Of a stretch of DNA of 64,000 nucleotides, positions 30,085 to 40,642 are shown piece after piece; the stretch's first letter is position 1; every line of letters starts with the position of its first letter. The position numbers were made by a program, and so were the translations under genes. This DNA is from an uncultured Alphaproteobacteria bacterium (GTDB taxonomy: Bacteria; Pseudomonadota; Alphaproteobacteria; Rhizobiales; Hyphomicrobiaceae). Where the stretch lies: assembly GCA_963713575.1 (NCBI GenBank), contig CAVQMH010000018.1, positions 6,230-70,229 of the forward strand, in the 5' to 3' direction. The notes under the pieces were generated by a model that searched no databases, was not told the origin of the DNA, and worked only from the letters and a program-made list of their open reading frames with translations.

Positions 30085-31490
30085 CACAGACAACAACAAT
30101 CCATGGCGAAAAAATCTCGCTGCTGCGGGTTCTGGGTCCGGGACACGTGTGGGCGCTCGGCGTCGGCATCGTGCTTGTCGGCGAATACATGGGATGGAAC
30201 TTTTCGGTCGGTAAGGGCGGCGCGATGGCCGCTCTCATCGCCTGCTGGGTCGCGGGTCTTCTCTACACTTGCGTGGCCATGATCGACTCGGAGGTGACGT
30301 CGACTGTCGCCGCCGCGGGAGGGCAGTATGCGCAGGCCAAACACATCGTCGGGCCGCTCATGGCCTTCAACGTCGGCCTGTTCCTCGTGTTCGCCTACAC
30401 GATGCTGGAGGCGGCCAATGCCATCACGCTCGGCTATTTGATTCAGACGGTCGGCGGCATGATGGCGATGACGGATGCAGCGGGCGAAGCGCTCGTGCTG
30501 CATGACAAGCCGTTTATCGTGCTTACGATCATGTTCCTCGCGTGGCTGAACTACCGCGGTGTTTATGCGACGCTGACGTTCAACCTCGTGATCACGGCGA
30601 TCGCATTCATCGCGATCATCATCCTGTTCTTTGCCGTGAAGCCGTGGACGAGCGATATTCTCAAGCATGAGGAGCTGCTGACGGGGCTACCCTACGGCTG
30701 GATTGGCGTGATCGCGGCCTTACACTTCGGGCTCTGGTACTACCTTGGTATCGAGGGCACGTGCCAGGCGGCCGAAGAGGTGCGGTCTCCGGCACGGTCG
30801 CTGCCACTGGGAACAATGACCGGCATCATGACGCTGCTGATCGCAGCGACCATGACGTGGTTCATCTGCGCCGGCCTGATGCCCTGGGAGTACCTGGGCC
30901 AAGCGGTGACGCCACTTTTTGATGCCGCGCGTCTCATGGATTCGATGCCGCTGATGGTCCTTTTGTTCATCGGCACGATCTTTTCGACGCTGGCTTCGGC
31001 CAACGGCTGTATCAACGACGCATCGCGGGCTTGGTTCTCCATGGCGCGTGACCGGTATCTGCCGCAGTGGTTCGGAGCCGTGCATCCGAAGTATCGCACG
31101 CCGTACCGAGCCATCGTGTTCCTCGTTCCGGTGGCGGTATTGTTTGCCTACTACGCGCCACTCGATCAGGTGATCACGTTCTCCATCCTGTCGGGGCTGC
31201 TCGGCTACACGTTCATGACGTTCAACGTGATCATGTTTCGCCGCAAGTGGCCGCTCGGCTCGATCGATCGCGGCTACGTTCATCCTATGCATCCGCTGCC
31301 GGCGCTCGTGCTGCTCATTTTGTGCAGCGCGACATACTTCGCGGTGTTCCTCGGGTACGGTACGCAGCTGATGGCGATGATGCTGTTCTTCATCATTGCG
31401 TCGCTGTGGTTCCACTTCCACCGCTATCGCTACGTGCGCCGTGGCGACCAATTCTCGATGCCCTGGCCACGCCCGCAAGGCGATTACTGA
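30081..31490 (+). CDS. APC-superfamily amino acid/amine permease (ethanolamine-permease-like)
   Basis: 469 aa, about 12 TM. The N-terminal LGPGHVWALGVGIVLVGEYMGWNF and AAGGQYAQ segments resemble the Eat/EutP branch of APC transporters. Confidence 0.8.
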   Translation: MTQTTTIHGEKISLLRVLGPGHVWALGVGIVLVGEYMGWNFSVGKGGAMAALIACWVAGLLYTCVAMIDSEVTSTVAAAGGQYAQAKHIVGPLMAFNVGLFLVFAYTMLEAANAITLGYLIQTVGGMMAMTDAAGEALVLHDKPFIVLTIMFLAWLNYRGVYATLTFNLVITAIAFIAIIILFFAVKPWTSDILKHEELLTGLPYGWIGVIAALHFGLWYYLGIEGTCQAAEEVRSPARSLPLGTMTGIMTLLIAATMTWFICAGLMPWEYLGQAVTPLFDAARLMDSMPLMVLLFIGTIFSTLASANGCINDASRAWFSMARDRYLPQWFGAVHPKYRTPYRAIVFLVPVAVLFAYYAPLDQVITFSILSGLLGYTFMTFNVIMFRRKWPLGSIDRGYVHPMHPLPALVLLILCSATYFAVFLGYGTQLMAMMLFFIIASLWFHFHRYRYVRRGDQFSMPWPRPQGDY

Positions 31491-31570
31491 CCTGGGTTCG
31501 AGATGAGTGGCCGCGACGACAAAGAAGCGCCGCGGCCACCCCCACATGACAGACAAAGACATTAGAGACC

Positions 31571-32248
31571 ATGACTGCGGCATTCATCTTTGGGCTCATC
31601 GCGTTCGCAGCGGTGATCACGAACCTTGCGCTGAGGGACCATCGCCGCGCCCTGGGCGCCCGGCGGCGCTTGTTCGATGACTGCCTTGGCGTGCTCGAAG
31701 GGGAGCGGTGGACGGCGGCTGGGGATGGCTTCCCCGCACTCGAAGGCCGGGCATTCGGCCACGACGTCAAGGCGGCTCTCATTCCGGATACGATGGTGAT
31801 GCGGCGCCTGCCGCAGCTTTGGCTTACCGTAACGCTGCTCGAAGCAACTCCACGGACACCGTCTCTATCGCTGCTGGCGCGGCATTGCGGAAATGAGTTC
31901 TATGCGGTCACGCTCGATCTGCCGCGGCGTATCGAGCCGCCGCCAGGGTTGCCGCTCGACGTGCTCGCGCGCGGTGACGGGCCACGGGCGGACGCGCTGT
32001 GCCATGCGTTGGCGCCGGTGCTTGCAAAGCTTCTCGCCGATCCGCGCGTCAAAGAAATCACACTGACGCCGAAGGGAGTGCGGATCGTCCGGCAGGTCGC
32101 GGAGGGTCAGCGCGGAGAGCACCTGCTGCTGCGCCAGGCCGTCTTCGGTGACGTGACCGTGGAGCGCGCGGACTTCATGCGGATACTCTCGGATGTGGCG
32201 GTGCTTGCCGCGCAGCGGAATGCACACCTGAAAGCCGGGGCCGCCTGA
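31571..32248 (+). CDS. hypothetical protein with N-terminal TM helix
   Basis: 225-aa ORF with good coding composition. Its stop overlaps the next start (ATGA). No family recognised. Confidence 0.5.
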   Translation: MTAAFIFGLIAFAAVITNLALRDHRRALGARRRLFDDCLGVLEGERWTAAGDGFPALEGRAFGHDVKAALIPDTMVMRRLPQLWLTVTLLEATPRTPSLSLLARHCGNEFYAVTLDLPRRIEPPPGLPLDVLARGDGPRADALCHALAPVLAKLLADPRVKEITLTPKGVRIVRQVAEGQRGEHLLLRQAVFGDVTVERADFMRILSDVAVLAAQRNAHLKAGAA

Positions 32249-32520
32249 TGAGGAAAGCGCCTCCCCATCCGTATGCTGTGCTGCTCCTCGCGATCCTCAT
32301 GCCAGGTGGCGGGCACGTGCTTGCGGGGCAGCCGCAACGCGGCTTCGGATTTGCGATTTTCACGCTTATCCTCGCAGCGATCAGTTGGCGTACGACGACG
32401 CCGGAGCACTCGTTCATCGGTCGGGCGGCTTTGGGACTATTCGTATGGGCGCTTTCAATACCCGATGCTTATCGGCTGGGGCGGACGCAGTTTGAAACGT
32501 GGCAGCGCGGGCTGCGCTAA
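32248..32520 (+). CDS. small membrane protein (90 aa)
   Basis: Three hydrophobic segments. Translationally coupled to the preceding ORF. Confidence 0.5.
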   Translation: MRKAPPHPYAVLLLAILMPGGGHVLAGQPQRGFGFAIFTLILAAISWRTTTPEHSFIGRAALGLFVWALSIPDAYRLGRTQFETWQRGLR

Positions 32521-32637
32521 CGCGGTCTTCATCCCAGGCTGACCGCTACTCTCAGGAAAAAAGTATTCTTGCTAGTTGAGATTTGGCGGGGAAGTTGGTA
32601 GCTTTCTTCTAATGTCGCTCACAAGGAGGACCCTGCC

Positions 32638-33537
32638 ATGTGTGGGATCGTCGGATTATTCATCAAGGACAAAGCATTGGAGCCGCGGCTGGGTGAGCTG
32701 ACGGCGCAGATGCTGGCAACGATGTGCGAGCGCGGTCCAGACTCGGCCGGGTTCGCCGTGTACGGCGAAGCTGAAAACGGCAAGGCCAAGCTGACGGTGC
32801 AGTCGGCAAGCGCTGAAAAAGATTTTGCGGGGCTCGATGCGGCTTTGTCGAAGGCGATTGGCGCGCCGGTCGAGATCGAGCGGAAGTCTTCGCACGCGGT
32901 GCTGACAGTTCCAGCCGACAAGGCGGAGGCGGCGCGCGCGGCGATCAAAGCTGAACATCCGGGCGTGCGCATCATGAGCGCGGGCGAGACGATCGAGATC
33001 TACAAGGAAGTCGGCTGGCCGACGGATGTGTCGGAGCGGTTCCACCTAAAGGAGATGTCGGGCTCGCATGCGCATCGGCCATACGCGCATGGCGACGGAA
33101 GCGCGGTGACGACGCTCGGCGCGCATCCGTTTTCGACCGGCGCCGACCAATGCCTCGTGCACAACGGCTCGCTGTCGAACCACAACAGCCTGCAAGCGCA
33201 AGCTGAAGCGCGACGGCATGACGTTCGAGACGGAGAACGACACCGAAGTCGCCGCTGCCTATCTCACGTGGCGCATGAGCCAGGGCATGAACCTGGGTCA
33301 AGCGCTGGAGAAGAGCCTCGATGATCTCGACGGATTCTTCACGTTCGTGGTCGGGACCAAGAACGGTTTCGGCGTGCATCCGCGATCCGATCGCGTGCAA
33401 GCCGGCGGTGATGGCTGAGACGGATCGAGTACGTGGCGTTCGGCTCGGAATATCGCGCGCTCGCCGGTCTGCCCGGCATCGATAAGGCGAAGATCTGGGA
33501 GCCGGAGCCGGCGACCGTCTATTTCTGGGAGCGGTGA
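32638..33537 (+). pseudogene. mgsA: class-II glutamine amidotransferase (GlxB / N-methylglutamate synthase subunit A-like), multiple frameshifts
   Basis: MCGIVGLF N-terminal nucleophile. The colinear protein is recovered only by switching frames near 33073, 33100, 33192, 33378 and 33427 (ORFs 32638..33324 and 33218..33418 plus a third frame ending ...IWEPEPATVYFWER*). Confidence 0.8.
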
Positions 33538-33540
33538 AGC

Positions 33541-34230
33541 ATGCGCACGATCGATCTTGCCGTCACGCCGTTGCGGGAGCTCAACTCGGAGCCTTCACCG
33601 GCAGTCGGAAGGGACCAACGAAGCGGAGTGGGAGGTTCTCAATCCGCGCGGTCTGCATGCGGTCGCGGTCGGCGTCGATGCGCCGATCACGGTCGCGGTT
33701 CGAAGGGCCTGTCGGCTACTACTGCGGCGGCATGAACAAGAAGGCCGCGATCACGATCCACGGATCGGCCGGGCCGGGCGTGGCGGAAAACATGATGTCC
33801 GGCAGCGTCGTCGTGAAGGGCGATGCCAGCCAGTACGCGGGTGCGACCGGGCGCGGCGGGCTGCTGGTGATCGAGGGCAATGCCTCGTCGCGGTGCGGCA
33901 TCTCGATGAAGGGCATCGACATCGTGGTGCAGGGCAACATCGGGCATATGTCGGCCTTCATGGCGCAGAGCGGGCATCTGGTCGTGCTCGGCGATGCGGG
34001 CGATGCGCTCGGCGACTCGATCTACGAGGCAAAGCTGTTCGTGCGCGGCAGCGTGAAGAGCCTGGGCGCCGACTGCATCGAGAAGGAGATGCGGCCGCGA
34101 GCATCACGAGCAGCTAGCGGCGCTGCTCGACAAGGCCGGCGTCAAGGACGTGAAGACGAGCGAGTTCAGCCGCTACGGTTCGGCGCGCAAACTCTACAAT
34201 TTCAACATCGACAATGCGGACGCATACTGA
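33541..34230 (+). pseudogene. mgsB: GXGXG-motif protein (GlxC / glutamate synthase C-terminal-domain-like; N-methylglutamate synthase subunit B-like), 3 frameshifts
   Basis: The core GPVGYYCGGMNKKAAITIHGSAGPGVAENMMSGSVVVKGDAS...GNIGHMSAFMAQSGHLVVLGDAGDALGDSIYEAKLFVRG lies in one frame. The N-terminus (MRTIDLAVTPLRELNS) and C-terminus (...KLYNFNIDNADAY*) lie in others, with switches near 33588, 33703 and 34092. Confidence 0.8.
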
Positions 34231-35569
34231 TGACGTATCGACAGACCCGCCGACCACCGCCGCGCAAGTCCGCGACGTTCGACGATTATACGCTATCGGA
34301 AATCCGGCGCGCCGCCGCGACCGGCATCTACGACATTCGCGGCGGCGGCGCGAAGCGCAAGGTTCCGCATTTCGACGACCTGCTGTTTCTCGGCGCGTCG
34401 ATTCGCCGCTATCCGCTCGAAGGCTATCGCGAGAAGTGCGGCGACGAATGTCATGCTCGGCACGCGGTTCGCCAAGAAGCCGATCGAGCTGAAGATTCCG
34501 ATCACGATCGCCGGCATGAGCTTCGGCTCGCTGTCGGCGCAGGCCAAGGAAGCGCTCGGGCGCGGCGCGGCGATCGCCGGCACCTCGACGACGACGGGCG
34601 ACGGCGGCATGACGCCGGAAGAGCGCGGCAGTCGAAGACGCTCGTCTATCAGTATCTGCCGTCGCGTTACGGCATGAACCCGGATGATCTGCGCAAGGCG
34701 GACTGCCATCGAGGTCGTGGTCGGCCAGGGTGCCAAGCCCGGCGGCGGCGGCATGCTGCTCGGCCAGAAGATCTCCGATCGCGTCGCCGAGATGCGCACG
34801 CTGCCGCAGGGCATCGACCAGCGCTCGGCCTGCCGTCATCCCGATTGGACCGGGCCCGACGATCTCGAAATCAAGATTCAGGAGTTGCGCGAGATCACCG
34901 ACTGGGAGAAGCCGATCTACGTCAAGGTCGGCGCGCGCGCGGCCCTATTACGACACGGCGCTGGCGGTGAAAGCCGGCGCCGACGTGGTCGTGCTCGACG
35001 GCATGCAGGGCGGCACCGCCGCGACGCAGGAAGTGTTCATCGAGCATGTCGGCATGCCGATCCTGGCGTGCATCCGTCCCGCGGTGCAGGCGCTGCAGGA
35101 TCTCGGCATGCATCGCAAGGTGCAGCTGATCGTCTCGGGCGGCATTCGCAACGGCGCCGACGTTGCCAAGGCGCTGGCGCTCGGCGCCGATGCGGTGTCG
35201 ATCGGCACGGCGGCGCTGATCGCGCTCGGCGACAACGATCCGCGCTGGAGGATGAGTACCAGCAAGCTCGGCACCACGGCCGGCGCCTATGACGATTGGC
35301 ACGAGGGCCGCGATCCGGCCGGCATCACCACGCAGGATCCGGAGCTCGCGAAGCGCCTCGATCCGGTGCCGCCGGCCGGCGGCTCGCGAATTATCTCGCG
35401 GTGCTGACGCTGGAAGTGCAGACCATCGCGCGCGCCTGCGGCAAGAGCCACGTTCACAATCTCGAGCCCGAGGATCTTGTGCGCGCTGACCGTCGAAGCG
35501 GCCGCCATGGCGCAGGTGCCGCTCGCCGGCACGAATTGGATTCCCGGACAAGGACAGGGCGGTCTGTAA
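34230..35569 (+). pseudogene. mgsC: FMN-binding glutamate synthase family protein (GlxD / N-methylglutamate synthase subunit C-like), about 8 frameshifts
   Basis: Segments MTYRQTRRPPPRKSATFDDY.., MLGTRFAKKPIELKIPITIAGMSFGSLS.., AIEVVVGQGAKPGGGGMLLGQK.. and PYYDTALAVKAGADVVVLDGMQGGTAATQ.. are spread over three frames. Its ATG (34230) shares one nucleotide with the mgsB TGA stop. Confidence 0.8.
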
Positions 35570-35634
35570 CCGCCCTTCATTGCGCAAATACAGGATGAAA
35601 ATCGGCCCGACGTGCCCAAGTCGAAGGGAACACC

Positions 35635-36957
35635 ATGGCACAGGATCTCGCAACGCTCGCGAAAGAGCAGCGGCATCAAGTATTTCCTGATCTCCTTCAC
35701 CGATCTGTTCGGCACGCAGCGCGCCAAGCTGGTGCCGGCAGCCGCGATCGAGGGCATGGCGAAGAACGGCGCTGGCTTCGCCGGCTTCGCAACCTGGCTC
35801 GACATGACGCCGGCCGATCCCGACATGTTCGCCATGCCCGATCCGGACAGCCTCGATCCAGTTGCCGTGGAAGCCGGAAGTCGCCTGGGTCGCCGGCCGA
35901 TCTGCGTGATGGACGGCAAGCACGTCGAGCAGGCCCGCGCGTGATCCTGAAGAGCCTGATCGCCGAAGCCGCCAAGCAAGGCTCTCGAGATGAAGACCGG
36001 CGTCGAGTGCGAATATCTTCCTGATCGACGCCGGACGGCACGGCGATTTCGGACGACGCCGATCGCCGTCCAAGCCCTGCTACGACCAGCAGGCGCTGAT
36101 GCGCCGCTACGATGTGATCACCGAGATCTGCGATGCCATGCTCGCGCTCGGCTGGAAGCCCGTACCAGAACGACCACGAGGACGCGAACGGCCAGTTCGA
36201 GATGAACTGGGACTACGACGACGCGCTCGTCACGGCGGACCGTCACGCGTTCTTCAAGTTCATGGCCAAGTCGATCGCCGAGAAGCATGGGCTGCGCGCG
36301 ACCTTCATGCCGAAGCCGTTCCTCGAACCTGACCGGCAACGGCTGCCACGCCCATATCTCGCTGTGGGATCGAGACGGCAAGACCAACATGTTCGAGACG
36401 CGACGGGCGAGATCGGGCTTTCGCAGCAGGGCTATCAACTTCATCGGCGGCATCATGCATTCACGCCGAGGCGCTGGCCGCGCATCACCAATCCGACGGT
36501 CAACTCCTACAAGCGCATCAACGCGCCGCGCACGCATCTCGGGCGCCACCTGGTCGCCCAACACGGTCACCTGGACCGGCAACAACCGCACCCACATGAT
36601 CCGCGTGCCCGAGCCGGGCCGCTTCGAATTGCGTCTGCCGACGGCGCGGCCAACCCCTATCTGCTGCAGGCCGGGCATTCTCGCCGCCGGTCTCGATGGC
36701 ATCGACAACAAGGCGCGATCCGGGCAAGCGTCTCGACATCAACATGTATACCGACGGCCATACGGTGAAGGACGCCCAGCGCCTGCCGCTCAACCTTCTC
36801 GATGCGCTCGCGCAATTTCGAGAAGGACGCGGTCTCAAGGCTGCGCTCGGCGATGACGTTCGTCGCGAGCCTACATCAAGCTCAAGACACGCCGAGTGGA
36901 ACGAGTATGCGGCGCACCTGACGGAGTGGGAGCGCGCAGAAGACGCTCGATATTTGA
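35635..36957 (+). pseudogene. gmaS: type III glutamine synthetase family protein (gamma-glutamylmethylamide synthetase-like), at least 12 frameshifts
   Basis: GS-family segments are scattered over all three plus frames: IKYFLISFTDLFGTQRAKLVP, YQNDHEDANGQFEMNWDYDDAL, NLTGNGCHAHISLWD, ITNPTVNSYKRINAP, WSPNTVTWTGNNRTHMIRVP and ANPYLLQAGILAAGLDGI. Confidence 0.8.
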
Positions 36958-36983
36958 GGCAGGTGTCGATCGCGGATTGTAGG

Positions 36984-37016
36984 GCCCGGCAGCAATGCCG
37001 GGCTGCTTTTGTTTGC
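36984..37016 (+). terminator. rho-independent terminator after the gmaS-like gene; copy 1 of a repeated hairpin
   Basis: gcccggca-gcaa-tgccgggc followed by tgcttttgtttg. Confidence 0.65.
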
Positions 37017-37137
37017 GGCTTCAGCCGCAGGGTCATTGGCGAGAGGGGGCATCCTGGCCTAAATCCGAACTATTGCGAGGTCTACAAATCGGGCCTTATA
37101 ACAAGCTGGAACAAGCCCGTAGCCCACGCGAGGTGTT

Positions 37138-38184
37138 ATGAAGATCCGCCTTGCAATCGCTGCCTTGCTTTCAGCGCCCATTTTCGCCCCAACCCTGTCC
37201 GAAGCCTGCAGCCGTGCCGTTTATTCGGCAAAGAGGGCCAGACCATCACGGGCCGAACGATGGACTGGGTTGTGCCGGACATCGACACTAACCTGTGGCT
37301 AAATCCCCGCGGGCTGGAGCGTAACAGCAACACCGCCAAGCCCCTGATCTGGACAAGCAAGTATGGCAGCGTCGCGACCACGATCTACGAGGGTGCCGCC
37401 GCGGACGGCATGAACGAAAAGGGCCTTGTCGCCAACATGCTGTATCTGGTCGGTCCGAATATCCGCCGGAGACCGCCGGGACAAGCGGCCCACGCTGCCG
37501 ATTTCCGCCTGGGTGCAATATGTGCTGGACAATTATGCCACCACGGCCGAGGCGGTGGAGGGGATGCGCAAGGAAGAGTTCCGTGTGGTGTCCGTCATCG
37601 CGCCATCGGGCGAGGCGGGGCTGGTGCACCTGTCGATCTCGGATGCGTCGGGCGATTCCGCGATTTTCGAGTTCATCGGTGGCAAGCTGGTCATCCACCA
37701 TAGCCGCGACTACCAGATCATGACCAACGAGCCCACCTACGATCAGCAGCTGAGCCTTACGAACTACTGGAAGGAAATCGGCGGCTCGACCTTCCTGCCG
37801 GGTACCAACCGGGCGTCCGACCGCTTTGTTCGCATGTCCTACTACATCAATGCGACAACGCAGACTGCCGATCCCCGCGCCGCCATTGCCACCGTGTTCA
37901 GCATCATGCGCAACGTCAGCGTTCCGAAGGGGATCACGACACCAGGCCGACCGAACATCGCTGACACGCTGTGGCTGGCTGTTTCCGACCAGAAGAACAA
38001 GGTCCTCTACTTCCAGGACACGAACAGCCCCGGCATCGTCTGGGTCAATTTCGCCGGGCTTGATTTCAGCTTGGGAACGGGCCCGCGCAAGCTGCAACTG
38101 GATGGCAACCCCGATCTTGCGGGCGACCAGACCGCCAACTTCAAGCCGGCCGAGTTGTTCAAGTTCATGGCTCCCCACGACTAG
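37138..38184 (+). pseudogene. choloylglycine hydrolase / linear amide C-N hydrolase (Ntn) family protein, 2 frameshifts
   Basis: The signal peptide ends ...PTLSEAC with Cys as the predicted N-terminal nucleophile. The body (GQTITGRTMDWVVPD..., ...IMTNEPTYDQQL...GTNRASDRFVR...) is in two frames, with switches near 37215 and 37450. Confidence 0.7.
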
Positions 38185-38282
38185 CGGTATCTGGGAAGCG
38201 CTGGCTTTTCGCCCTATGGCCAGTTGTGAGCGAGACCGGACGCTCGACATTGGAGGCGGAACTCGATTTTAGATCGTGGCGC

Positions 38283-38304
38283 GGCCCGGCAGCGATGCCG
38301 GGCC
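38283..38304. repeat. copy 2 of the ggcccggcagc(a/g)atgccgggc hairpin
   Basis: ggcccggca-gcga-tgccgggcc. It is nearly identical to the hairpin at 36984..37003 and lies about 1300 bp to its right. There is no T-run after this copy. Confidence 0.6.
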
Positions 38305-38385
38305 AATTGCGTTCACGGAATGCCAGTATTGTGCCTGCCAGCACTGGCGCTTAATCTGATTGTTACTGAGCAATGGGAGCCTGTC

Positions 38386-40521
38386 GTGTCAGCATACTTG
38401 AAATTGAACCTCTCTTTCATTCCGGCTCCCGTTCGCCAATTTGCCTTCTCCGCTGCTGCCAGCTTCACGCTGTGCTCCGGACACGCGGCCTTGGCACAAG
38501 ATGCCGGGGCGATTGCCCGGTCTGGTCCTGACCAGCTGGCCTTCAGCACCAAAAACATGGATGCCTCGTCTCGCCCGGCCAGGATTTCTACAGCTATGCC
38601 GCGGGTAGCTGGCTGCAGCGCGTTCCACGGCCGGAGCGCTACGGCGGTTACGGCTTCTTCGAAATCGTGGCAGATCGCGTCGAGCAGCAGATGCGGCATG
38701 TGCTGGAACAGGCTGCCAAAAGCGCGAAGACCGCGCCAAAGGGAAGTCCTGCGCAGCAGGTCGGCACCTTCTTCAATGCCTATATGGACGTTGCTGCGCG
38801 TGACGCCGCCGGACTTGCGCCGATCAAGCCCTATCTCGATCGCACCGAAGAAATCGGAGACCTTAATGGTCTTGTCCGCTTCATGGCTGAAATCTTGGAG
38901 GACTGCGGTCCCGCCCTCTTTCTAAAAGTGGGACCGGATGTCGACCTCGTCAACAACAAGGCCTACGTTTTGTACGTCGGTGGGGGCGAATTGGGCCTGT
39001 CCGATAAGTTGGAGGATGTTTTCGAAGAGGCCGATGGCGGATCGCGCATAACGGGCTACCGAACTTTTCTCGTCGAAACATTGAAGATCGCCGGCACCCC
39101 GCAAGCCGAGGCCGACCGTATCGCAGACCTATCCATTGCGATCGACCGCAAGCTTCATGCCGCTAAACTTCCGCCGGTCGAAGCCAATGACCCGAGCAGT
39201 CTTACAATCCAACAACGATAGCCGATCTACAGCGCCAAATACCGCAACTCGATCTCACGCTCCTCCTGAAAGAGCGGAATTACCCGACGCCTGATCGGCT
39301 CATTCTCGCAGAGCCCCGATATTTGCCGGTTTTGGCGAACCTCCTTGCGGAGCATTCGATTCAAGATATCCGCGATTACGCTAAGCTGCGGGTGATCGTC
39401 GCTTATGCACCGTATCTCGGCACAAAGTTCGACGAGCCGTTGCTCGTGCTCAGTCAGGCATTGACCGGTGCGAGCGTTCTTCCAGAGAAGCAAGAGCGGG
39501 CTCTCGAACTGATCAAGGCCAAGCTGGGCCAGCCCGTCAGCAAGCTCTACACCGACAATTTCTTCCCCGCAGCGACCCGGCAGAAGGCTGCCGAGATGGT
39601 CGGGTTGATCAAAGGCGCGTTCCTTGAGCGCATGCCGCAGCGGGCATGGCTCTCCGATCAGACCCGTGCTGCGGCGCTCGAAAAGCTAGAAAAGCTCTCG
39701 TTCAAGATCGGCTACCCCGATCAATGGATCGACTATTCGCAAGTCGAGGTCACGGATAATCTTGTCGAGACGGTCGCGGCCATCGCGCGGTTTCAACGGC
39801 GAGCGGGATCGCCGAAGGTTCGGCCGGCCGGTGGAGTATCACGATTATTTCAACACGCCCGAAAGTCTGCCAATGGTGATCAATGCCGGCTACAATCCGA
39901 CCATCAACGGCTTCGAAGTGCCTGCAGCGATTATCCAGGCGCCCATGTTCGATTCGAAAACTCCTCGAACTCGGAGCCGGCCTCAACTTCTGCCGCATGG
40001 GCGGCGGTACTCGGCCATGAGATGACGCACGGCTTCGACTGGATGGGTAAGCAGTTCGACAAGGTCGGCAACTTGAAGAACTGGTGGCAGCCGGCCGATG
40101 GCGAAGCGTTCGATGCGCTGGCTGCAAAAGCTGATCGCCCAAGCCAATCGGCTATGTGGTCTTGCCAGGTCTTATAAACTCAAGCGGGGCGCAGCAAGTC
40201 GGCGAGAACATGGCCGATCTGGGCGGCATCACGCTCGCACACACCGCGCTGAGAAACTATCTTGCAAAGCATCCCGAAGAAGATGTCGTCATCGATGGCC
40301 TGAACCAGGATCAGAGATGCTTCCTGGCCTGGACCCAGTTGTGGGCATGGAAGGGCAAAGACGAGGTTCTCCGCTCGCAGGTCGCCCGCGATGCGCATCC
40401 GCCGAATGCCTATCGCGCGCTGGCGCCCCTTCTGCATTTGGAAGCCTTCTACAGGGCCTTCGGCATCAAAGAGGGCGACCCAATGTGGCTTGAACCTGCC
40501 AAACGAGTCGAAGCATGGTAG
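38386..40521 (+). pseudogene. M13 family metallopeptidase (PepO / endothelin-converting-enzyme-like), multiple frameshifts
   Basis: HEMTHGFD zinc motif and GENMADLGG (ENxADxGG) motif. Colinear segments are spread over ORFs 38320..38925, 38667..39221, 39323..40177, 39762..40025 and 40156..40521. The start is uncertain (GTG 38386 or ATG 38320). Confidence 0.75.
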
Positions 40522-40642
40522 GGCCATGTGTCTGCGACTGCACAGCGGCTTGGTCGACGAGTTCACTGTGGGGCAGATAAGCCAATCGAACACAGTAAAT
40601 GCCGCTTGGAAAATTCCAACATTGATTAAAGGGGCGCAGATA

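Noticed and set aside
32584-32598. Sigma-54-like -24/-12 element TGGCggggaagTTGGt, about 40 nt upstream of the mgsA start.
   Set aside because: The spacing fits, but the critical -12 GC is GG here. With a single weak match and no enhancer-binding-protein gene nearby, I do not call it a promoter.
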